This document shows positions 49,601 through 59,206 of a stretch of 59,206 bases of DNA, piece by piece (positions within the stretch are counted from its first letter, which is position 1; each line of letters starts with the position of its first letter). The stretch covers positions 49,054,723 through 49,113,928 of the forward strand of contig NC_057719.1 in NCBI RefSeq assembly GCF_004010195.1. The letters are read 5' to 3'. A program made the position numbers and the translations under genes. The notes beneath the pieces are model-generated. The model did no database searches, was not told where the DNA came from, and saw only the letters and a program-made list of their open reading frames with translations. This DNA comes from Chiloscyllium plagiosum. Lineage: Eukaryota.

Positions 49601-52600
49601 TCCTTGCTCAACTAAAGCAAATTGCTTTGTTTAGATAAATTTCTCTACTGGGGTTAGGAAATTCAAAAATATTTCATTTGGATTTACTCTGTACATTCTT
49701 TATGATACCAATATTTACATAAAATCATTATTTTGATTTACTGGCATAATTCTTTACACTTTCATTTGAAAACAAACATTTACAAATAGCTTCTTTTACA
49801 ACTATTCCATTAATTTGATTCGGTTACTATTCTTTCATAGCTTCTACTATCTTGTATCTTTTTTTTAGCTATTTTAGTTTTCACTCTGATCTACATTAGC
49901 TTTTCCTTATTTGAGTTTCTATGTTATTCCTTCTTACAAACTTCTATTTGTTCTTTTGCTTCATTGTTTAACTGTGATTATGCTAAGTCTTTTAACAGCA
50001 TATTGACTGGTAAACAAATTGTTATATATTCCAATTGTCAGCAGCATAAACATAATGTTAGATTATACTCATATTGACACATGCATAGTGTAAGTGAACA
50101 GGTAAACTAAGCCGTCAGAAAATGCTGTTCGTGACACTGTATCCATGTGAATTGCTAAACGAAAGAACTACGACAACCAATAGTATGATCTCTCTCAAAA
50201 CATCTGCATCCATCTGACCCTGGCCTTAACCTTTAAATCTATCTTTTCATATTCATCTCAAAAGACCTTGTCAATGGCCAAGGAGACTCATAAAGAAGGA
50301 TCCTTCAACAAACAAAAAGGTACAGAGGAAATTCAACCCAAATTAGGTGGCAGGAGATAATACAATTTGCTCATTTTTATTCTGCTGCTCAACCTGGGGT
50401 TGAATTCATTTCACTTTATCTTTATTCATGTTATTTAAACATTAGATTCATTAGGATTTTGAACTGCAACAGATATGGAGAACAAACTAGTTGCCAAATT
50501 TATCCAACATCTGTTCCCAGAAGGGACAGACATTTGCCAACTTCACATCATGATATATTTTCTGAATTACCTTCAAAGACAACCCATCAGGTTATGAACT
50601 GTTTGATCAAACTGCTCATTAATCAAATGAAACATTATATTGGAAGTATCAATATTTAGACAAAAAACTTCAAATGTTCATTCAATGACTCATTTGCACA
50701 CAGTAAAAGAACGGGCAGAGAAAAGCATATTTTTGTCCGATTGTTTATTAAAAGTAGAAGACAAATCTTGGTTTGCTCAGCTTTTTTAATTGTGTACAGA
50801 AGTTCAATAAACATAACGCTATTGAGCTCATGTTCCATTTTCTGTGATGAATAATGTGATTCGTCCACAGTGAGTAAATGAAATTGTTGTGCTGAGGAAT
50901 TATGCTTATGTTTCTTTATTTAAAAAAAAATACATGAATGGGGAGAAAAAAAATGGAAGTGGCAGAAAGGAATAAGTTACCTGTTGAAATTGAAGGTTGA
51001 AGAGGAGCCTGTGCAGAGCAAGCAGGGGCCTTTTGTTTGTCCATCTGGTGATTTGGTTACTGTCTCAAATTGGTTAGGAATCTGTGTTGGGAAGGGAGGA
51101 AATGAAATGCCAGGTCAACTGGAATGAAAATCCCCTGGCACTGATTTATTAATTTTTCAAAGACAACTGTCCAAAAAAATACACGTGCCCAAATCTTCAC
51201 TATGACAATCCATTCTGAAAGTGATGTGTTTTTTTTTCACCTCATCTGATTCTTATCTGATAATGTAATTTCTATGTTGCCAATAATTTAAATACCTTGT
51301 ATTTGTGATTTTGCTTTAATTAAAATACATTCTGTATTCTGCATGGCATTTTAAACATACCATTTCAAACAGGTGGGATGTTAAACTACCATTTTGAATG
51401 GAATTATGTACTGTCTAAAAGGTTCTGATTTCAACATTTTCTATTGAATAATTTGGATTTGATTCTTACTTAACAATCAGTGAAAACCTGAATTTTAAAA
51501 GAAAGTCACAAAAATATTAATGTAAAAATATACTTTTCTAGTTACCATTAAATATGTTGCAAAGTGCCTTACTGACCTGGTTTGAAATAACTGCTGAAAG
51601 TGCCACTGAGTCAATCAGTACTGGCCAGAAATCACTTGTTCACAGATATAATTCTGGTAGGTTTAATCAAATGAATTCTAGAAACATTTTTTTAAAAAAT
51701 CAAATGTTTAAAAATTCCTTCCTCTAAACTACAAACTATTTTGGAATACTCTATGAACAGATTGTGAGTCAATGCTCTCAGCCTTAATGATACATTACAT
51801 ATTTAAGTATTGAAGCATAGTCTCCAATGTACCTGCTTTTTCAACAAACTGGGTGAACAACTGCAGCTGTCTTCCGTGTACAATGGTGTGTCTAATAAAA
51901 AGCGGAACAGTTTGCAAACATTCAGCTGTCCTGCGCAACTGCTCACTATGACCTTCTTTGGCAATCATCTGCAAGGCAGTCACAAATCACTAATGAGCTG
52001 TTTTTGTCTTTAATTGCTTACTTAATTATAGCGAATTAACATAAGAACATTTCCAATTATTAACATAATTGTATTCAGAGATGAAATGTTGGTATCTGTC
52101 AATCTGCTCATCTATAATAAGGAACTTGTTTACAGAAAGCAGTTTTGTTTTAAACACACTTTCCAATCTGCAACCAAAGCCTGCAAGGCCTCGCTCTGGC
52201 ATGTGCCATCAAGTCTTTCAGGTCATGTTGAAAAATGAACTTGATGAACAACAAAGACATGTGTTTTAATCCAATGACTACAGTAGCCAGTAAAACCCAA
52301 TTTGTTTGCTAACTGAAGAAATTATCAACAATGGGAATCCAAACCATATAATTTAGATCCTCATTATATTTTTCTTATAATGATCACATATAATTATGAC
52401 ATATGCACTGTTAAACAAGCATAAATCAAATTATGCACTTAAATAAAATGAGAGGAAATACAGAGTTTATAAGTCTTGCCATGGTGAAATCTAAAAATAT
52501 TTTTCATCTCTGCTATTTTGTTCAAACAAGAGAAGCTTAAAAGAGATGAAACTGATCTTTGTCAGTTTCATGAGTGATGACAGAGTGACAGTCTGCTTCA

Positions 52601-54879
52601 CATCAACATCTGATTTTTTTCCAATGGTGTCACTCATTTCAGTTCTACTGGCATTGATAAACATCACTCTGAGAATGGTAGAAATATTATAAATATATCA
52701 GCTGATAAATATACCAGTTCTGGTTCATAACAGTATCAAATGCTGATTGTAGAAAGCATTCCTCATAGAAAGAACACCAATGGAAGACTGAACTACATCG
52801 TGAATAGTACGTCTTTGACCAGCCACATAAGGCTGTGCCAGTAAATACTGGATTACCACCAAATAGCACATCTTACTAACTCCCTAACCTAGAATGATGC
52901 AGCTGCATATAAAATGTCTATGTAACCCGTAAGTAGCGTTATTGGATAAAGTGAAGCCTTTGTTTTTTTAAGCATCCAAATCATTTCCTTTCAGGCATGC
53001 AAGGTATTAGGTCCTAAACCTTATGTTTCCTCAGTTAACTGAGCCTCAAATAGTAAACTCAGCCCAACTCTGTAAAACCAGATTTGTTTGACAACACGAT
53101 TTAGGGGCTATCTATTCATGTACCTTGTACAACTAACTCCACTGTTAAAGCTAGAATCATGAAAGAGTCATTTCATGTAGCTGTTAAATTCTTCTCAAAT
53201 CTCCTTGCAAGTAACGAGTAAAAAAGCTCAGTGTGTAATGCCAGCTAATGTGGTTTATGGAAGAAAATAGTATCAGCCTATCTTTGTAGCTATCTAAGCC
53301 AGGATAATGCTTTTAGCCTTTATACTTCAACCAACTCGATTTTCCCAACCCTCAGCCATGTATCTCCTAAAATCCTTTTCCAAAGAGTTAAATTGGATGT
53401 GAAATCTGTGCTCAGCTATGAGTTGTCTTTGTTCTTGGTCTTGCAGGCAAAGCTTTGCCACTGCATCACTTTCATCGACGTCTGATTGAGCTTGACAGTG
53501 TGACAGCGAGGCACAGACGAGCAATTCTGCACTGAATGAGAGTCTTTTTCAGCCAGGCAGCAGCCTACTCAGTGTCTGAGAAAAGGCCACAACAGATGTA
53601 GAAAGAAAACCTTCTCAAGGAAGAAAAAGCGAAACTTTGACGCAATTAAATTTGAAACAGAGCTCCTTCACTCTAGGTGATCTTGACCAGCTCACAATGG
53701 AAGAAAAGCTGATTGATAAACTGTGTATCTTAAAGTTAAATAGTGGGAAATTGATAGAAGAAAAGGAAACTGGAATCCTACAGCCAATACTTTCGCAGAT
53801 TAATGTCATCAAGAAATGACAAATCATGTGCAGAGGTTTCTTCCTTATTGGAAATGTTTAATGCAATATAAATAATTTGCATTTCCATTGGGGAAGATAA
53901 CTGATATTTCTTACAACCCAGGTTAGGTGCGAGTTTGAATTTTGTTTTGTTTAAATGGAGTAGTGTTTTAGATCTGTTCAGTTACCATTCTAGGATTAGA
54001 ACAAACAAGAAAATATAGCAAAAATGCAGATATAAAGGTGAGTGTGCCATTCTACATTTAAATAGTTTTTGAAGTAACCTTTTGTAGATACTAAAATATA
54101 ATGTGTTGCTTCACTGCTACTTTACACCACAACAACTGTTTTTAAAAAATATGTACACTGTTTTTACATGGGAATAAAATCTTCTGAGCTACAGTTAGAG
54201 AAGAATTATTTTACAGTTAATGAATGGGACATTGCTTTGTGGGATGTATATGCCATCAACTTGCTGCACTTCTGTCCAGCAGACTCTCTGTACATCCATG
54301 ATGCTAAACTGCTAATGGCTGGACAGACGGGAACTGAAAGTATCTCAAAGTAGCTCTTTGTGTCCCTAACAGGATTAAAAGTTAGCCCTGTTGGTACAAA
54401 CAAAACTTTTGTATTTTTGTGCCAAGGTGAAAAGTTTCCCATGTGCGTGTGTTAAGGTCCTCTTCCAAATACAATTTTGTTGATGTTCTGAAATATATGG
54501 TTATAAAAGTTTATTGTATTTTTGTATAACTTCACTGTATTTAGTAATAAATGATAACATTAATGGTTTACTTGTAAATTAGTTCATTTTCATACAGTGA
54601 ATTATTTAAGTGTAGCATGCTTAGTATTGGAAAAAGCATTTCAGAATTGTCTCAAATTAATCCATTTGACATTTCAGTAAGATCTGTTTTGATCATAAAC
54701 CTCTGATGAGGCAAAAGTTTTAGAAAGAATTCTGTGGATGAAAATACTGGAATATTTCTTATACCAATGCTATGTATATGTTATACTTGCTGTGTTAAGG
54801 ACAATCAAAGCTTACAACAAAGCAAAGCTGGAATAAAAAAACCTACTGTTAGTAATAATGGCAACAGAACTAATAGATC

Positions 54880-55240
54880 ATCACTAAAAAAAACACTTGG
54901 TTCACTGATATTGAAGAGAACCAGCTACTCTTACCTGGTCTGGCCTACATGTGACTCCAGAAACACAGCAATGTAGTTGACTCTTAATTGCACTTTTAAG
55001 TGACCTGTCAAGATACTTGATTATTCAAACCCACTATGTAAAGGAATAATAAAATTACAATTGGGAGTATCAACATCACACAAAGAATTTATCTGGTCAT
55101 TACCACCTTACTGTATGTTGCAGTTTGCTGAGCACAAATTAGTTATCGCATTTCTTACATTGACTAAAAAAAAGTACTACGTTGACTATAAAATGCTTTG
55201 AGATATCAGCTGGCTAAGGGAAAATGTAAGTCTTTTTATT
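54880..55240 (+). mobile_element. SINE fragments (tRNA-SINE body, then Deu-domain 3' part)
   Basis: ttacctggtctggcctacatgtgactccaga..cacagcaatgt, followed by atctggtcatta..ca..t.ctgt.tg..g.agtttgctg.gcacaaatt. Confidence 0.55.
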
Positions 55241-57439
55241 TCTTTAATTGCTAGCTTTGACATAGGCATTGAATTTGGATATAATAAATGCACACTCAGC
55301 CCAATCAAACAAGCAAAGTCTTCCCTACCAAGGAATTTTTATACAAAAATTGAGAGAATGATCCTGCATACAATCGCTTGACACAGTTGTACTTCCAAAA
55401 TTGCACTTTTCAGCCAATGTACCAGATTCCTGCATTACAGCCCTTGGAAACATCCTGAACTACTGGTAGAACAAATCCACCACAAGCATTGGCACAGTGG
55501 CACAGCCGGGACAAAATTATCCTGAACGTTGACTCCAGATCCCACAAAGTCTCATAATGTCAGGGTAAAGACAGGCAAGGAAATACTCTGTTGATTATCA
55601 TTCATCACACTTCCTTCGTCTCCAACACTGTACACCACTTGGCACATAAAGGCATGAAATGTACTGTGAGTGGTGAATTCAATGTCCATTAAGGGGAGTG
55701 GCTTGGTTGCACCACTACTTACCAAGTTGGCAGAAACTTGATGAATATAACTGGCACACCGGGCCTGGGGTTGGGGCAAACTCCAAGAGAACCAATATAA
55801 AGGGGAAAACATACTCAACCTCATTGCCACCTGTCTTTCATCTGACCATAGTGATATTGGTTGTAGTGGTCACAACATAGTGCTTGTGGAGATAACATCC
55901 TGCCTTCACACACAGGAACCCTCCAATACAGTACCACTGTGCCAAATGCAATGCCTCAGAACAGATTTAGCAATTCTGAACTTTGTATCCACGAGGCACT
56001 GTGGGCCACAGTAACAGGAGAATAGACCTTGACATCTATTGATTTTAGCATCACTTCGATCTATATGCATACAGATATAGGTATAGATATGTATATAGAC
56101 ATAGCTTCTGCTGTTTGGCAAGCATGTACTCCTATACATAGATTCACCCAGCTGGCACCTAATTTTGTGGCACAATTTGTAACTTGTCATGCCTGTCTCT
56201 CTACCAGGAAAACATTCTTAAGAATGAAGTGCTAATCTGATGCAATTTATGATAAAATCTATTCTTGTATCCATTTTTGAACTGGCAGCCTGTTAAGTCT
56301 GTAATATTTAAGCCCACAGCGTTCCATTGCTAGCTACATTTGGTTCTGTTTAGTAATGAGGATGGGGGTGTATTCATAGTTCACCTAGAAAAATTCAACA
56401 GTCAATGAACAGCAGTTTAAATATCAGTTCACTTTGGTCAGTGGCCAAAGGCATTCAAAGCAGAAGATTGCTACTTTTGGGTTGCAGGTCAGTCAGAAGG
56501 GAGTCTTTGCACAGCAGAGATGTTATGGTGAGCAGTCTCCAGAGAGTCAGGACTTGGCAAAAGTCCTGAGGAACTGAGAAATGACAGAAGCTCCAACTTG
56601 CATGTTGGAGAGATTTAGGACTCTATGGCTGGGAGCCATAGACAGCTCAGTGCAGCTGAGAGTGAAATGAAGGAAGTCCATGACCAGTTATTGGTTGGTG
56701 CAGATGAGAATAACTCAAATTCAGCAAAGACCAGGTGCAGTGCTAGCTTAGCGAAGTTAACTGTCTGCAAAAGAACTGGAATTGGAACATGACTAGATGC
56801 TGGAGTTCAGCTTTGAAAATCTAGGGAGGTGCATTCCCAGGAAAAGAGATTGAACCACAAGATGATGAGCAGTGTGTGAAGCAGTCCAAATGGAGCAGGG
56901 TTTGAGGAAAATCAAATGTTTGATCTTCAAAAATGAAAGCTCGATATTCCTTGTGAAGATAGCAATGTTTCAAAGACTGGGAAGATTACTGAGTAATGTA
57001 TAAGATCTGTCTTGACAGCATTTGCTATTTGATGTGCTCAATGCTGTGGTTTGACCACAGTTTGTCTGTTAGCTCATTTTGATTTCATGATAATTCTGGA
57101 TGTTGGGAGTTTAAATTGTATATAATCAAAGTTTTGTTTTGTTTCTTCAAAATCATCGAATCATAAGGCTTTATTTGCTTTTTAAGTAACTGTGATTTCA
57201 AACTTTGTCTATTAAACAAAAAAAAGTTGCATGTTCCTAACCAGATTGTAACATAAATTTGGCACTTTTCTGGGATCACAACATAAATTGAGGGCTTGTC
57301 CGGGAATACATATCCACAGTCAAAGCAAATGCTGGGACTTGCTGAGGTTAAAGTTGATAAAAAATCTTCATGTTGAATATAACTATGCTGACTCAAAAGC
57401 AGAATAGATTTGTTTATTGCTCTGATTTTTCTGGAGGTG

Positions 57440-58140
57440 GAGGATTTATCCCTAAGTTAATTGAAAAAAAATCAAAGGATAGGTTAATTGCATGAGAAAA
57501 ATTGCAATTAAAAACAGGGGCTAAGTAAGATGTCATAACTGAGGCGATATCATTTGAAAGTGAAAAATGAAAAGTTAATTCAGAAAGCAATGTTAGTTTC
57601 ATCTACAAATGAAATAACTTGAAATGGATAAAGAAATTAAGCAAAATAAAAATGGAAGGAATTGTGAATGCTGTAAATCAGAAACAAAAATAGAAGTTGC
57701 TGGTAAAGCTCAGCAGATCTGGCAGCATCTGTGAAGAGAAATCAGAGTTAATGTTTTGCGTCCAGTGACCCTCCCCCAGAAGGGCATTTCTTCACAGGTG
57801 CTGCCAGACCTGCTGAGCTTTTCCAGCAACTTCTCTTTTTGTTTGTGTAAAAAATGAAACCTCTTGAATTAAAAAAAGAAATTAAAAACTAAAATACAAA
57901 AGAGAAATGCAAGAGCTTGAACTTGAGATCCGAGAGAGAAGTCAGCAAGGGAAAAAAAGGGATAAACATGGGGAGTTTCAAAAGGAAAGATAAATTAAAC
58001 AGCATGATCTGATTAAATGAGAAGTTAGGTTATATGGTTGTTCCAATCCATAGTATAGAGAATAAACATGATGTTAAGAAACTAGTATGCTTTCATTGTC
58101 ATACAACAGGTATATAAAAGCAAGTTATTGGACATGGAAG
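57440..58140 (+). mobile_element. Decayed Gypsy-like gag fragment
   Basis: Glu/Lys-rich coiled-coil-like REMQELELEIRER followed by the knuckle-like CFHCHTTG at about 58088. Confidence 0.45.
57660..57847. mobile_element. Palindromic PLE-derived insert (family of 46800-47017), hammerhead degenerate
   Basis: gaagttgctggtaaagctcagcagatctggcagcatctgtgaaga is inverted against tcttcacaggtgctgccagacctgctgagcttttccagcaacttc. The minus strand reads CTGGGGG-AGGGTC-ACTG-GACGC-AAAA. Confidence 0.8.
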
Positions 58141-58162
58141 GTGGCAGGGTGAAGGGAAAGGT

Positions 58163-58288
58163 TGGTGTAATGGTAATATCACTGGACTAGTAATCTAGAA
58201 TCAGGCTAATGACCTGCGAATTAAGGTTCAAGTCCTACCAGGGTGGATGGTGAAATAAAAGCTTGCCTAACAGTTATCATATAACTGC
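58163..58288 (+). mobile_element. tRNA-derived SINE 5' head, truncated by PLE insertion
   Basis: A-box-like tggtgtaatgg and B-box-like ggttcaagtcc. Confidence 0.65.
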
Positions 58289-59206
58289 TGGATTCTGGAT
58301 TAGTGGTGCTGGAAGAGCACAGCAGTTCAGGCAGCATCCAAGGAGCAGTAAAATCGACGTTTCGGGCAAACGCCCTTCATCAGGAATAAAGGCAGAGAGC
58401 CTGAAGGGTGGAGAGATAAGCTAGAGGAGGGTGGGGGTGGGGAGAAAGTAGCATAGAGTACAATAGGTGAGTGGGGGAGGGGATGAAGGTGATAGGTCAA
58501 TCGCCTCCGCCTCCAAGCTTACTTTCACAATCAGGACTCCCACCCATCTTCCGAGGACCCCTTCGCCCACCTCCAACACACTGCGTCCACCTAAACACCA
58601 CCGCGCTGGCCTATTACCTGCCCTCGACCTCTTCAGTTCCAACTGCTGCCGGGACATTAACCGCCACAACCTGTCTACCCCCCTCCCCCACTCCAACCTC
58701 TCACCCTCACAACACGCAGCCCTCCAATCCCTCTGCTCCATTCCCAACCTCACCATCAAGCCAGCAGATAAAGGGGGGTGCAGTGGTAGTCTGGCGCACT
58801 GACCTCTACACCGCTGAAGCCAAACGACAACTCGAGGACACCTCTTCCTACTGCCCCCTCGACCATGACCCCACCCCCCATCCCCAAACCATCTTTTCTC
58901 AGGATATCTCCCACCCACAGCTTCCAACCTCATAGTCCGGGAACCCCGCACTGCCCGGTTCTACCTCCTTCCCAAGATCCACAAGTCTGACCACCCTGGC
59001 CGACCCATTGTCTCAGCATGCTCCTGCCCCACTGAACTCATCTCTACCTACCTCGACACGGTCCTATCCCCCCTAGTCCAGGAACTCCCCACATACGTTC
59101 GAGACACCACCCACGCCCTCCACCTCCTCCAAGACTTCAGTTTGCCCGGTCCCCAACGCCTCATCTTCACCATGGATATCCAATCCCTCTACACCACCAT
59201 CCGCCA
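58289..59206 (+). mobile_element. Young Penelope-like element: inverted 5' pLTR (58289-58498) then RT N-terminal half, running off the window
   Basis: NLTIKPADKGG.VVV (PLE DKG motif), PRTARFYLLPKIHK..HPGRPIVS and IFTMDIQSLYT; CpG-rich with a few frameshifts. Confidence 0.92.
58352..58387 (-). ncRNA. Minimal type I hammerhead ribozyme with intact core
   Basis: Reverse complement reads ATTC-CTGATGA-A-GGGC-GTTT-GCCC-GAAA-CG-TC-GATT; predicted cleavage between 58356 and 58355; palindromic ACGT stem III. Confidence 0.85.

Noticed and set aside
55250..57400. Possible old LINE and LTR remnants
   Set aside because: Too degenerate to assign family or boundaries by eye.
58163..58240. Possible tRNA gene
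   Set aside because: A and B boxes are present but there is no convincing cloverleaf and the spacing is extended; it is a SINE head.
58421..58951. 176-aa minus-strand Gly/Arg-rich ORF
   Set aside because: Antisense to the C-rich PLE RT region.

Overview
Eukaryotic, AT-rich, repeat-dominated vertebrate DNA. The repeat complement suggests a cartilaginous fish, probably a shark (inference from CR1 LINEs, Deu-domain SINEs and Penelope-derived repeats). I found no intact host protein-coding gene; the recognisable ORFs in the track are decayed retroelement fragments or their antisense shadows. The window contains: (i) a TSD-delimited Ty3/Gypsy LTR element (1658-11290) inserted in a SINE and itself carrying two CR1 LINEs and a hairpin insert; (ii) many CR1 LINEs of several families and ages, including a near full-length copy with an esterase-type ORF1 and a nested pile at about 33.5-44.5 kb; (iii) a Rex1/Babar LINE, solo LTRs and Gypsy gag remnants; (iv) three Penelope-like element (PLE) remnants and several short PLE-derived, often palindromic, TSD-flanked inserts. 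The most notable signal is eight minimal type I hammerhead ribozyme motifs (CUGANGA-stem II-GAAA-NN-UH) from about five sequence families, with several short inserts starting right at the ribozyme core. Also seen are two ~95-bp templated insertions inside CR1s, repeat-poor blocks with homeodomain/FOX/Pbx-like motifs (candidate conserved non-coding elements) and two weak exon candidates. All coordinates were read by eye; boundaries of old repeats are approximate.
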